64,000 nucleotides of DNA, taken from assembly GCA_040437565.1 (NCBI GenBank), contig JBDOQK010000064.1, positions 62,001 to 126,000 of the forward strand, written 5' to 3'. Both the position numbers and the translations under genes were made by a program. Every line of letters begins with the position of its first letter. The first letter of the stretch is position 1. The notes beneath the pieces were generated by a model. That model had not been told where the DNA came from. It did not search any database and saw only the letters and a program-made list of their open reading frames with translations. Below, in pieces: positions 34,012 through 46,400 of the stretch. The stretch is from Albugo candida (taxonomy: Eukaryota).

Positions 34012-37000
34012 TCAAGCCCCCGCTTGCCGCTTGTCTTCCTCATCATTGGTGCATCTAAGCGTCACAATAAATTCCTTGTCAGTTGCTTCTATGCGCAATG
34101 TATCGTGAAATCCAAAATGATATTTCGCGAATTTCCATCGCGCAATGCGTCCACGTTCATCATCAAGTAGGCTTTGAAACAGCGTCTTTTGTTCGCCTTC
34201 GAAATACGGCAGAAAGCATTGAAAAATCATTGTGCGGGGATTCCCATCCATCGCGAAATCGTAACGATACCAGTCGCAAACCCGAGGCAGATACACTGTT
34301 TTCCGATCATAATCGTACGAGATCATGACCGTCAACGCAGCGCGAGTAATTGCAGCCAACTGAGTATCCAATTCATCGATCGAAAACAACAAAATTCGGT
34401 TCAAAGACGAGCGGGTCATACAATTCAACGCGAAATTAAGCCGAAAATCTGGGTTTTTCAATGCGATTTCCGCGATGTCCACAACAAGCGTCTGATCCTC
34501 CAAAGAACCATACAGCTTTTTAGGGAGCACCAACTTCACTACAGGAAGACGAAGAGACGACATAGGCGCACGAATGACGCAATGCTCGATTTCAGCCAAA
34601 GAGAAGTAAATCCCATCAACGCAATACGAAATACCGTTAAAAAATCGACTCCATTGTTTAAGTTTCTTTGGAATAATCGAACGAAATAAACACGCGTTTA
34701 GTATCAAAAGATGAAAAAGATTGAGAAAATACGTCTTCTTGAAGTTTTCGCGCGGAAGCGGAGCCATAGAGCCAATATGTTGTCGAAGTGGAGTCGTTTT
34801 GAGAATTTCCAATGCGTCAAGAAACTCGAGCAGCTTGAGTATCGAGCACTCTTCATTTCGGACGGAATACAAAGCTGTCAATTGATCCAATAAACCAGCA
34901 AGAAAGTCCAATGCATCAACGACCGGAAGCTTCGAATGAGGTACAAAGTGGCTTCGATCATTGAGCACTGCGCGTCGTACTCCACACGATTTAGGAGCTA
35001 ATGGCTGAACAAATACTTCCAAATCGACGTTTTGGCACACTTGATCGATCGATTTGGTCAAACGTTTCTCCATGCACAAAAGTCCCGCGTTTCCATTATG
35101 CTCCATTTCCGATAGGATCCGCTTCATCCATGTGGATCGAGATTGTTCGCTTGGAAATCCAATGTGGTGACGCATTTGCAGACTCACAATACTCAGCCAA
35201 TATATTTCCGCCTGAGGCAACTCGCTTGAGCCAAGTTTTTCTTCGGCTTCCAATTGATAGACGTTGGTCAGGGGAATGCTCCAACTTGATGCATCGACGC
35301 CAGATTTTCGGAAAAACTCGAGAGTTCCATTATTCTGATTGATTTCCATCCATTCCATGCGCCAAAATGTTCTTTTCACAGCTCTGAGGACGAGTACCTT
35401 TGCAGGCTGTGGAATTTCGAAAGTGAGTTTGTCGGACGTATTACTTTGAAAAAAGGAGAATGTATTCTGTCCAAATTGTCTCATCAAACTCCAAAGAGCT
35501 TTCTTTGCTTTTTTCTGATCCGAGTCATTCGCTTTGCAATGTAAAATCTCTCTCAATTTCTGCTGAAGAAATACTCGTTCTTCTCCGATTCGTTTGTACT
35601 TGCGTCGATACGAACGAATAGACACAGAGTTCAGTCCCTTGAACGGTTTGAATGATGTCTCTGGGCCTTTCCCGGGTATCCGACTCCGCATTTCCATCGA
35701 CTGAAGCGGTTCGAATGCCTCCAGCGCCGTGCAAAACACATAACGAGAACAAGAAGAAGCGCCTAATTTTCCTTCAAACAGTAAAACATATCCGACCCAG
35801 CGTTCCATTATCAGACTCTCCCCCGGGATCGCAGTGATATATTCGAGCCACACTGGAACGGAGATTTCCTGAGGAATGAAAGCTTCCGTGTCCTCAGATG
35901 TTTCTGATTGAGTGAGCTCCATGGAACCCCTCGAATCATCTGAGGATCCCCTCGGATCTCCTGATGGTCGTTGAGGCTTTGAACTATGGCAAAGCTCAAA
36001 GCTGAAATGATATTCCTTGTTGCCAGCTGTATGGCGAGTTGTTTTGATTGCTTTTTCACGAGAAAGACTAGTGTCTATATCGTTGAGGCTATAAGCCACG
36101 AGTCTCAATGGCATATCGGACCAAAAAGATTCTAATGCGGTCTCCCGAACTCCTGGGACATTGACTAGCTTCCAGCGAGCAAAATTGAGAAAATAGCTGT
36201 GGAAATGGAAAGAGTACGTGTAGTTTGTCTGGAACGCATAAAAGATATCGTTCGATTTGCGTCGCGTGAGGGAGTCTTGTTTGGACTCACCGAAATCGAG
36301 GGATCCTAATGAGGGCGGAGTCTCATCATTTGAGGTGCATACAAATTGATCGACTGAAGTATATAGAGGGAAGCAGATGTGAGGAAGTTCCTCATCTTCT
36401 GGTTGAGTGACTTTCGGATGTACTTTGTAGAACGCACCAAAGCCATAATGTAATCCACTCAAGAGGGAATTGAGGATTCGGAGTAAGAGTTTAGTGAGTC
36501 CTTGAGTAAAAAACCCGAGATTCATTGAGTGAGGAACTTCTCCTCCGATAAATAGAGGACCTGAGGGTGATTTTTTGAATCGTATTTGCATTTGAATCCA
36601 AAAAAGGCGACGTTTTCCTTCGAATAAACGCTGGATCAATGGAGGCATGACTTCCTTTTCTTGTACAAGAAGAAACAAAAGCTTGCCGTATACAAATTCA
36701 TTTTCAAAAGCGTATGGTTCGGAGGGATTGATTGGGACCTCAGCCGAGTCTACTGAGGAATTTTCACTCGCTTGAATGAGTGCAGGATCCGTGAGGTTGC
36801 GGATTCTTAAAGTTCGTGAGGCAGATTCCCGTGATTGACCATTGCCGTCACTGTGTACCGAGAGAGAGCGTTTCTTCTCGGTACCATCTGAACTGATTCG
36901 AAGTGCGGCTGTCTCCATCAAAATCGCTTGCTTCTTTGCAGTCATTTGCGCATTGCGATAGTACACAGCTGCACCGAGGACACAAAGAGCGATGCTGAGT

Positions 37001-37050
37001 ACAGTTGAAAATGAGGGAAACGAGTAAAACACACTCGTTCCATGTAACAT
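34012..37050 (-). CDS. Membrane-anchored DUF1769 + PH-like + DUF547 multidomain protein
   Basis: N-terminal TM helix; FENEFVYGK..FEGKRRLFWIQMQIRFK (DUF1769-like); PH-like segment ending SRSTWMKRI; FLNLFHLL..SLAEIEHCVIR..DFRLNFALNC..LPRVCDWYRYDF (DUF547). Confidence 0.75.
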   Translation of the reverse strand: MLHGTSVFYSFPSFSTVLSIALCVLGAAVYYRNAQMTAKKQAILMETAALRISSDGTEKKRSLSVHSDGNGQSRESASRTLRIRNLTDPALIQASENSSVDSAEVPINPSEPYAFENEFVYGKLLFLLVQEKEVMPPLIQRLFEGKRRLFWIQMQIRFKKSPSGPLFIGGEVPHSMNLGFFTQGLTKLLLRILNSLLSGLHYGFGAFYKVHPKVTQPEDEELPHICFPLYTSVDQFVCTSNDETPPSLGSLDFGESKQDSLTRRKSNDIFYAFQTNYTYSFHFHSYFLNFARWKLVNVPGVRETALESFWSDMPLRLVAYSLNDIDTSLSREKAIKTTRHTAGNKEYHFSFELCHSSKPQRPSGDPRGSSDDSRGSMELTQSETSEDTEAFIPQEISVPVWLEYITAIPGESLIMERWVGYVLLFEGKLGASSCSRYVFCTALEAFEPLQSMEMRSRIPGKGPETSFKPFKGLNSVSIRSYRRKYKRIGEERVFLQQKLREILHCKANDSDQKKAKKALWSLMRQFGQNTFSFFQSNTSDKLTFEIPQPAKVLVLRAVKRTFWRMEWMEINQNNGTLEFFRKSGVDASSWSIPLTNVYQLEAEEKLGSSELPQAEIYWLSIVSLQMRHHIGFPSEQSRSTWMKRILSEMEHNGNAGLLCMEKRLTKSIDQVCQNVDLEVFVQPLAPKSCGVRRAVLNDRSHFVPHSKLPVVDALDFLAGLLDQLTALYSVRNEECSILKLLEFLDALEILKTTPLRQHIGSMAPLPRENFKKTYFLNLFHLLILNACLFRSIIPKKLKQWSRFFNGISYCVDGIYFSLAEIEHCVIRAPMSSLRLPVVKLVLPKKLYGSLEDQTLVVDIAEIALKNPDFRLNFALNCMTRSSLNRILLFSIDELDTQLAAITRAALTVMISYDYDRKTVYLPRVCDWYRYDFAMDGNPRTMIFQCFLPYFEGEQKTLFQSLLDDERGRIARWKFAKYHFGFHDTLRIEATDKEFIVTLRCTNDEEDKRQAGA

Positions 37051-37399
37051 AATAGGGCGACTCTTATAAAACGTATACCAAGTCAACGTAATCAGATTGT
37101 GCACAACAATTATACGTGCGAGACGTATAGAATCAAACNNNNNNNNNNNNNNNNNNNNNNNNNNNNNNNNNNNNNNNNNNNNNNNNNNNNNNNNNNNNNN
37201 NNNNNNNNNNNNNNNNNNNNNNNNNNNNNNNNNNNNNNACCAAGTCAGCGTAATCAGATTGTGCACAACAATTATACGGGCGAGACGTATAGAATCAAAC
37301 AAACCATCTGGCGCAAACTTCGGCTAAATAGTATACTTGTGCTATTTATAGCATGGAACGACTCCTCCAAATGCGCGGTCTGCCTCAACGGATACGGAT

Positions 37400-39356
37400 A
37401 TGGCCTCAAAGATCGCTCCGTTCAAGGGGCAGGAAGGAGCTTTGGAATCAGAATACGGCAACGAAACACGACCAACTTTTCTAAGTACGACAAGAGAGAA
37501 TGCGATTGCTTCCAAAAGGTATATTCAGAGTCATCCTGGTCGATGGCCATGCAAGCTCAAAGTCAGTCGATCTTTGACCTTTGTCGATGAGCCACGAAGA
37601 GCTTCTTTATCGGAGCGTGTTGCAAGAAATCAATACAGCAAGCGACGAATCAAGCGTTCTAGTGTGACATGCGCTAGTCAAGTAAGCAATTCGTGTGAAT
37701 CATTGCGAGAGCTAGCCAAAGCCGCACTTACAGCACGAGAAACTACTGTCGCAGAGGACGGAAAGTTGGGAAATACTGAAGAAGGCAATGTTCGCGAAAG
37801 CATTCGACGAATTCAGGTACAATCTTCAAGTTCGTACATAGTCGTTCTCAAGCGAGCTATTGTAGGCGTATGCACTGCGGGATGCTCCTATCGATTTAAG
37901 TATCCGAGAAACTATGTGTTTTAACAACAAGCGCGTTGACGTCACTCTGGATCGTGACTTTATTATTTGGTTTAGAAGGCAAGTCCAAACTGTATCCTTT
38001 CGATCTTATTATGCTCAATATTTTATTAGATCGAAAGAAGCAGGACGCATACAAACCGACGATATCATTGGAGCCGAAGTAATGAAACCGCATCAATTGC
38101 GCATTCACTACTTTATCAAAGGAAAAGGAACGGGAGATCGCACCTTACGTCGTCGATATAAAATCACCCAATTTTCATGCATGGTTGAAGTGGCGGCACG
38201 GTGGGTGTCTCTCATTCAGGAACTGGTTCGATGGCAAGCTCGAGCACCTCCTTTCCGTGAAAAAAGACGAATTCATATCATAATCAATCCGCATTCAGGG
38301 AAACGAAAAGCGCGACAGATTTGGCACAAAAGAGCGAAAGTGTATTTTGAATTGGGAAATTTTGCGTGCACCGTTTTAGAAACCGTACGCAGCGGTCACG
38401 CCATTGAAATGGGACAACAATTTAAAATTGAAAACGGGTACGAAGCGATTGTTTTTGTTGGTGGAGACGGTACAATATGTGAGTTTATGAATGGTTTGGT
38501 TCATCGTCCCGAGAAAGAATGGCGTGAAATAGTAGCCTCTACACCCATTTCATTGCTTTGTGCGGGGACGCAAAATGCATTTGGTGTTGGTGTCGGTATA
38601 CCAACACTCGAAGCAGCGATCTTCTGTATTATCAAGCGAAAAATCCGTCCATTGGATGTCATCGCGGTGGTAGCAGAACATAAACCACATATTGTTCATT
38701 TTAGTTATTGTGGAGTCGGTTGGGGCATTGCCGGGGACATTGCCGCAGAATCGGAACGTTATCGGTCACTTGGTACGTCACGGTACGCTTTTTTGAAACT
38801 GAAGCGATCTATCTGGAAACGAAAAAAACACATGGGACGAATCCGGTACGTCCCGGTCGATCCACCTCCCAAACTACAAGTGTACCATGATATAAAAAAT
38901 GAAGGGGCAGTGGATCAATTTGAAGTGGAAGAAGCGAACACTTATGACGCAACCTGTCGAAAATCTTGGCTCGGCATTTCCTCTGCAATACAAAGACCCT
39001 GTAGTCCCCAACGCTACCATGAAACATTATGGAGAGAAGAAAGTGGAAACTTTTTAGTCCTTGGTGTTATCAATACGGCGCCTGACGGGAAATTTGCTCA
39101 TCCTTCAGATGGATATCTGGATTTGTTGATTTCAAGGAAAGGAAATATTCTACGAATGCTCCAGCTTGGAATATTATATCTTTTCCATAAAGAGTTACAG
39201 AGCCCATTATTGACATATCTCAAAGTCAAAGCTGTTGTCATACACAGTGATCAAGAATCAGATTGTTTGAATAATGATGGTGAAGTGTTATCAGGACCAG
39301 GTCCATGGCGACTAGAAGTAGTGCCGAGCTTATTCAATGCTTTATCGGAAAAATAA
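37400..39356 (+). CDS. Sphingosine/ceramide/diacylglycerol kinase family lipid kinase; intron 37817-37865
   Basis: IIINPHSGKRKA, VGGDGTICEFMNG, AGTQNA, ESERYRSLGTSRY, DGYLDL and DGE motifs. A 49-nt intron joins the two ORFs. Confidence 0.88.
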
Positions 39357-39403
39357 AAATAAAATGCTATAGGATCGATTTGTAAGTCTAACGTATGATG
39401 CAG

Positions 39404-39784
39404 TCATTCTTCTTCGTCTTGATCGCCTGTGAAGCAAGTCGAAACCTGAACAATCGCACGTCCAATAGCTCCAATCCACTCATCTTTCTGCTCTTCATTT
39501 TGCGCGTACATGTAATACGTGGTATCCGGTGTGGCTACCTCAAAACAATACCGCTTATTTGTCTTGTCTTCAGCTGATTTCACAGTCAGACAATCTGCTA
39601 GATCGATAAAGCCGTGTGGAGCATCGTTTTTAGATTTACTGAAATATAATTTGTTGCCTTTGAGAATAAAATATCGCTTTCGCCATTCTTTCATCCACAT
39701 ACTTCGTTTTGTCAATTCACCTTCAAATGCTGGATTTTGAATGCGGTCGATGGACAAGTTTTCTTCATCATTTTTAATTGACAT
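39404..39784 (-). CDS. Stand-alone PH domain protein
   Basis: EGELTKRSMWMKEWRKRYFILKGNKLYF..PHGFIDL..FEV..EQKDEWIGAI. Confidence 0.92.
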   Translation of the reverse strand: MSIKNDEENLSIDRIQNPAFEGELTKRSMWMKEWRKRYFILKGNKLYFSKSKNDAPHGFIDLADCLTVKSAEDKTNKRYCFEVATPDTTYYMYAQNEEQKDEWIGAIGRAIVQVSTCFTGDQDEEE

Positions 39785-40987
39785 AATCGTTCAAATTCTT
39801 CAATTTGTGAAACAGATGGTAGTCGCGACTTGAAATGGAAAGTCTCGTCTTGAGATTGTAGAATCTGATTTCGTGATTGGCTACAATAGCANNNNNNNNN
39901 NNNNNNNNNNNNNNNNNNNNNNNNNNNNNNNNNNNNNNNNNNNNNNNNNNNNNNNNNNNNNNNNNNNNNNNNNNNNNNNNNNNNNNNNNNNCTCGTCTTG
40001 AGATTGTAGAATCTGATTTCGTGATTGGCTACAATAGCAATGCCGACAAGTGCGTCTGGTTGGAGCGCAGCGTCGGCGAGTCAGCGCGTGTCATAGAATG
40101 GATGTGCTCGATAACGATGCGTTTTGACAATCAACACCTCCTCATTTAACAGAACAGACATTTGTTTCTCACACATGCTTAATCATCCTTTATGGCTAGA
40201 AGCATGCCCTATACGATGTGGTCCACCCCAACGTGATCCCAAACAAGAAAGCCATTTCTATCAGTTTGCAACGGAGCGTACCGTACATACTCAGAAGTGG
40301 AAAAGCTCGAGCCCATTCNNNNNNNNNNNNNNNNNNNNNNNNNNNNNNNNNNNNNNNNNNNNNNNNNNNNNNNNNNNNNNNNNNNNNNNNNNNNNNNNNN
40401 NNNNNNNNNNNNNNNNNNTATCAGGCTGCAACGGAGCGTACCGTACAGACTAAAGCTCGAGCCCATTCGATTGGCTGTTATTTGATTTTCCCGCGACGGA
40501 AACTTGCGTGCTGTTATGATTCATACTCGCTGGAAAGAATGCAACGTGGGACCGAAAGTTGTAAGGTGTAGGGTCGTAAACATATAAGAATTCAAGTGAA
40601 ATTATCACCATGGCAACTCAGAAAGTCTTTTAAGAATTGTATCGCGCAAATCGTATTGCAGCGTGTCCTCATCATCCCACATTTAATTCTGGGTCAAGTT
40701 TCGCAAGCCTAATCCTGGTGATAACTGATTCGATTCTATACTTTCGACGCTCTTTTCAGCCAATAAACTTCCTTATCCAGTTCGAATTTTGCATCTTCAA
40801 TCATAAAAGCAACTTTTCCACTCGTAAAACGCTATTGAGTCCAACTGATGCACAACTTCGAAGCAATGTCAATTGCCTTACACTTGATCAAAGTATTGAA
40901 TTCTGTAGAGAATATCCATATTTGGGCACACCGTATATTTGCCAAAAGATTCTCTCTGATCCGACTTTTGTTTACAATCTAATTCAT

Positions 40988-41001
40988 TCATTTTCCAATT
41001 T
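40988..41001 (+). promoter_or_regulatory. Oomycete Inr/FPR core promoter element
   Basis: TCATTTTCCAATTT matches the (GC)TCATTYYNCAWTTT consensus, about 48 nt upstream of the elicitin-like ATG. Confidence 0.65.
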
Positions 41002-41048
41002 TCCTTTACAAGAACCAGCAGCTCCAATCGCCAATTCCACTGATCAAT

Positions 41049-41960
41049 ATGATGCGTTTCTCGTTTCTCATTGGCTCCTACCTGATTTCCGCCGGTGTTG
41101 CCCTTCCCCAATGCCTTGAAGATCCAGTACTAATGCCAAAACTTATGGAATTGGCTCCAGCTATGATGGAATGTCAGGAAAAATCTAAAATCAATTTCGC
41201 GGCACAGAAGGGTCCATCCACGCCGGAGACAACTGCCGCTCTGTGTAATAAGTGTCCAGACTTAGTGGTCAAACTGTACAGTATCCAGCCCAGACCAGCC
41301 TGTGTGTTTAACGGAGTAGATGTTGGTGCGGAAATTGCTTCCTTGAGTACATCCTGTTCTGCATCACCTGCACAACCAGGACCAGAAGCACCATCTGCAT
41401 CACCTGTATCACCTGCACAACCAACACCGGAAGCACAATCTGGACCACCACCATCACCGGTACCTTCTCCAATGCCAACCACACCGAGATCCATGGTTAC
41501 AAGTCCTAGTTCCCACCCGGTATTTGCCCCTTCTACTACCCCCACCAATTCGCCCAACAAACACCACGAGGCACAAAGCATTGACAACTCGCAAGATGGT
41601 ACCGCTGGCTCAAGTGCCGGTACCTCTAAAGTATCAGAATTTGCGCCCGCAAGTGGAAACTCTGGCAACCTGAAAGGATCGAGTGGTACCGCACCAACGG
41701 AATCGAGCCCTGTTAATTCCAAAGGAACCGATGAAGTGGACGATTCCAAAGTTACGACTTCAGACGATACATCCAAAACGGAATCATCGGACAGCGACAA
41801 ATCGGATGCTTTAACGAGCTCTCAAAATCCCAGTGAGAGTACAGCCACTGACAAACACGCCAAAGATAAGAAACCAAACAATGCGCCAACGCCCTTCTCG
41901 TTGCTACTTGCAACCACCGCTACCACTGCGGTCTCTTTCGCTTTATTCTTTTTCATGTAG
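41049..41960 (+). CDS. Elicitin-like secreted protein with Ser/Thr/Pro stalk and probable GPI anchor
   Basis: Signal peptide, a domain of about 85 aa with six Cys in elicitin-like spacing, an S/T/P-rich linker and a hydrophobic C-terminus (FSLLLATTATTAVSFALFFFM). Confidence 0.8.
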   Translation: MMRFSFLIGSYLISAGVALPQCLEDPVLMPKLMELAPAMMECQEKSKINFAAQKGPSTPETTAALCNKCPDLVVKLYSIQPRPACVFNGVDVGAEIASLSTSCSASPAQPGPEAPSASPVSPAQPTPEAQSGPPPSPVPSPMPTTPRSMVTSPSSHPVFAPSTTPTNSPNKHHEAQSIDNSQDGTAGSSAGTSKVSEFAPASGNSGNLKGSSGTAPTESSPVNSKGTDEVDDSKVTTSDDTSKTESSDSDKSDALTSSQNPSESTATDKHAKDKKPNNAPTPFSLLLATTATTAVSFALFFFM

Positions 41961-42283
41961 AGATGCCCGATTCAATTATTGACCAGAGCATAATATAATC
42001 TTGAGCCTCTTCCATTTCGATATCACAATATGAGCTTCTATACAGAAAGCAAGTCTAAATTTCAATTCGGTCNNNNNNNNNNNNNNNNNNNNNNNNNNNN
42101 NNNNNNNNNNNNNNNNNNNNNNNNNNNNNNNNNNNNNNNNNNNNNNNNNNNNNNNNNNNNNNNNNNNNNNNNTATGTATGATATAATGACATGAGTCTGG
42201 ACGCTCAAACATTGATCGATTAGAAACTTAACGGTGTCTCTTAAGTATTACCACCAATCACTTCTTTCATCATTAACAACCAA

Positions 42284-43024
42284 TCATCTTAGATGTTCTA
42301 TATCAGTATTACACAATCGTACAACATCCTGTTGCTGGAATTGAAACGTACCGAGATATATGCAGCTATTCACGATGGATACTAATTGGCTCAAATCATG
42401 ATGACAAAAAACTTTGGCTATCGCTTTCTCTTCCATCCATCGATGCAGAAACCAATTCGACACTTTGTTATAGACATTTACACGCGCCTCTGGATCATCC
42501 ACGCGACTATCCAGCATCTTCCAATCCGTGTGCACGAAACGCCGCCAGCGCTTCACATCGACTACCGTAAATTTTGTACAAGTACGAAAATTAGGATGCC
42601 ATGTGTCCTCTAAAGTACGACACCCAAGTTGTTGTGCGGAGCGCCAAAAGAATTCCGCCAGTTGAAGACACGGGGGATGCGTTTGTAGCTGTAGCTGCTC
42701 TCGCTTGTCACTTTGGAAGGGAATTCGTATCGGCATACGCGGTCTATCCACCACAAAACCTCCAATCAGACACAACAAATCTTCATACGACAAAATCGCA
42801 TCTCTTAAAAGCACCACTTCCGTTTCTTGAAATCGTACTTTACTGAATTTATATACATTCTTCGACTGATGAGATGGTTTCATTGGAGATGGATTCCTCG
42901 TAGTCAAACTCTCGTCACCAAATCCCTCACTCGAAAGCAGAGGTCCTCGACACATTCGAGACGCTGGACGGTATTTGATCGGTCGTCGACTTGTGACTGC
43001 TGGAAACGCAAGCAATGAGCTCAT
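42284..43024 (-). CDS. Hypothetical protein
   Basis: Open frame of about 246 codons from ATG 43024; no recognised domain. Confidence 0.5.
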   Translation of the reverse strand: MSSLLAFPAVTSRRPIKYRPASRMCRGPLLSSEGFGDESLTTRNPSPMKPSHQSKNVYKFSKVRFQETEVVLLRDAILSYEDLLCLIGGFVVDRPRMPIRIPFQSDKREQLQLQTHPPCLQLAEFFWRSAQQLGCRTLEDTWHPNFRTCTKFTVVDVKRWRRFVHTDWKMLDSRVDDPEARVNVYNKVSNWFLHRWMEEKAIAKVFCHHDLSQLVSIVNSCIYLGTFQFQQQDVVRLCNTDIEHLR

Positions 43025-43430
43025 TTCGTAAATGCTCAAGTACTTTCATCTATAACCTCAAGGTTACACATTGTACCCTCTCCATGCGTGTCTCATGAGA
43101 GAATGACGCGGAACGAGGAATATTTCTACCAAATCAGCGGCTTTATTTTGTTAACACTTTCGAACTCCTCTGTTTTCAATGTACAAAGAAAAGCCCAATG
43201 TAAAAACGCGTCATGAACTAGAGTTACGTCGCATGGGGACACGGTTACGATCAAACAGTAACCCAAAGTGCAAACAATTACATTTTTATGCGCTTCACTG
43301 ATAAAGATTTTTCATTGCAATGAACTCTCAATCTCGAGATTTTTTCTGTAATCTGATTCTAACGATCAAAATGTCGCCCGGTCCGCGAAAATAGCTCAAA
43401 CAACCTCGTATTGGCACACGCTCAATCGGA

Positions 43431-46400
43431 ATGGAGCCCAAAAGCCTCCAGACGCCCCATGAGACTTTAGATTCGACATTTTCCGACGCATTGGAACGTA
43501 AAGAAACCACTCCATTTGCCTTCAGAGACCTTTATAGATATGCTACCACAAAGGATCACATCCTTCTCTTTTTCGGTATCCTTCTCACATGTGTGAATGG
43601 TGCATTGTTCCCATGTATGGCGCTGATATTTGGTGAGGCAATCTCGAGCTTTCAGCCGTATCGTCAGCATAAAATCAATCAAAATTCGATCTTGTTTTTT
43701 GGTGTTGCGATTCTCTTGTTCGTGACCGATTACGCCTCTTATCTCGCTTTCCAAACCACTTCGAAGCGCCAGATCAAGAGACTTCGCGAGCACGTACTTG
43801 ATCATCTTCTACATCTCGAAATTCAATGGTATGATCAACATGACGCCTTGCAGCTTTCCAGTCGGCTTGTTGGGGATACGGTCAAAATCCAGGACGGAAT
43901 GGGTCAGAAACTCGGTGATTCCATTCGATTTAGTGCTCAATTCGTCACTGGGTACACGATTGGCTTCAGCAAAGGCTGGGACATCTCACTCGTGATGGCG
44001 TGTGTGCTTCCGTGTATCGGTTTCTCGCTTGGATCACTTATTAAATTGCTTCGGGCGAGAAGTGAGCGATCTCAAAAAGTGTACGCTGAGGCTGGAGCCA
44101 TTGCAGAAGAAACGTTGAGTTCCATGCGGACAGTTGTGTCGAATAACGGACACGATCGAGCAATGAATAATTTCTCGGAGAAGATTCGCATCGCGGAAAA
44201 AGATAATATTCAGGTTGGACGCTTCTCCTCCATCGTGTTTGGCGTCTTTTACTGCAGTATGTGGCTGATGTATGCTGCTGGTTTGTGGTATGGCGGATGG
44301 AAAGTGTCGAATGCCAAAACTTCGCCCGGAAGAGTTTTTCAAGCTTTCTATGGAATCTTGATCGGGAGCCTTTCAATGGCGCAGATTTCACCTAATATTT
44401 CAGCTGTGACACAAGCCAAAGGGGCGGCAGTTGCCATTTACGAAATCCTCGCAACCACGTCGACCATTGATGCATCCAAAGGCGACGGTTTGATACCGAG
44501 TCGCTGTGATGGTGATATCCGAGTCGAACAAGTCGACTTTAGCTATCCGAGTCGACCGCAGGTCAAAATAATGAAAGAGTACAGCGTTCATATCGAAAGT
44601 GGGCAGACTGTTGCTTTCGTTGGCGCGAGTGGTGGTGGGAAAAGTACCCTTGTATCGCTTTTGGAACGCTTTTATCGGCCGAATTCAGGGACGCTATTTC
44701 TAGATGGAAATGATATCCAGACGCTTAATTTGAAATGGCTTCGAGCACAAATCGGATTGGTTTCACAGGAACCCGTGCTATTCGCCACTACCATTTTTGA
44801 AAACATTGCGTTGGGAGGAAAAGCGTCGTCGCAAAGTTGTACTCATCAACAAATCGAAGCTGCAGCAAAACTCGCAAGCGCCCATGACTTCATCATGTCA
44901 CTTCCTCAGCAATATGAGACTCTGGTCGGTGAGAAAGGAGTATCTCTTTCCGGAGGACAAAAACAGCGCATTGCTATCGCCAGAGCAATTGTTCGTGAGC
45001 CAAAAATCCTCATATTGGATGAAGCAACGAGCGCGTTGGATAACGAAAGTGAGCGATCGGTTCAAGCGGCTTTGCTCAACTTGGTGGAACAGAGCACCAT
45101 GACGACCATTGTGATTGCTCATCGTTTGAGTACTGTTCGTCATGCGGATAAAATTGTCGTCCTTGCGGATGGTTCAGTGGTAGAAGAAGGTTCACATGAT
45201 GCCTTGATTTCGATCCCACAGGGCATTTATCGTCGGCTATACACAACGCAAGAAGAATCCTCGTCCGAGTCGTCAAAATCAGAGCAAATTCAACCGGCCA
45301 GTCCTTTATCATCGATCCATCATGACACAGAGCTTTCGGCCAGTGAGCATGAGCAAAACCATCCAATCAGCCAAGAAAATGTCGCTACATCTCGTTTTCA
45401 ATGGAAAAAGCTGGCTGGCTTATGCCGACCGGATTCAAAGTATTTCATCGTTGGTCTTGTGTCGTCGGCAATTTGTGGCTTTAGCTTTCCAGGAAGCTCT
45501 CTTCTACTCTCCGGCGTGATCACCACAATGACCGAAAAGTATGCTGCATATTTGGTATCACTGAATGCCGACAATCTTAAGCAATTGTATCATACTGTTC
45601 GAATGTATGCCGCAATTTACATCGGCGGTTCTGTGGTGCTGATGATCGCTACAGCGATACAGCAATTCTGCTTCAAATTCATGGCCGAGAAACTCACAAC
45701 ACGTCTTCGTAACATGCACTTCCGAGCTTTATGTCGCCAAAATATCGGATTCTTTGATCAGACGAAACATGCGGCTGGCGCTTTGTCCACGCAACTCGCG
45801 AGTGATGCAACAAAAGTGGCACTTCTTTTCGGTGATTCTCAAGGACGACTCGTTCAAGCGGCTTTCACATGTGTTTTAGCGCTGGTAATCTCATTTGTGC
45901 TCGGAAGCTGGTTGTTATCGTTTGTAATGCTTGCAATCTTTCCGCTTCTGATCGCCGGTCAATATTTTCGAATGCAACACATCAGCAATGGTGTCCAAGG
46001 TGACGACATGGCCGAAGCCGGTGCATATGCGGCCCAAGCGCTCAGTAATATCCGTACTGTGGTCTCACTCGGTCTAGAAATAACCACATGTCAAGAGTAT
46101 CGTCGTTTGTTGGATCTTACGGAGCCCACATCCAGCCGACAAGCTCATGTGAACGGATTGGCATTGGGATTTTCTTCATTTATCACATTCGCAGCGTATT
46201 CATTGGTCTTTTGGACTGGAGGTCAGCTAATCAAGCACGGCCACATCAACTTCGAGGAGCTTATGCGAACGCTCATGTGTATCATGATGTCTGCACAGAG
46301 CATCGGGCCAGCAATGAGTTATTTTGCCGACATGGATTCCGGTAAAGCTGCTGCCGCTTCGATCTTCCAACTGGTAGAGCGCGATGTACCTATCGATTCA

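Noticed and set aside
41174-41800. 208-aa antisense ORF over the elicitin-like gene, and many similar shadow ORFs
   Set aside because: Expected by-product of low-complexity or codon-biased sense coding; no domain signal.
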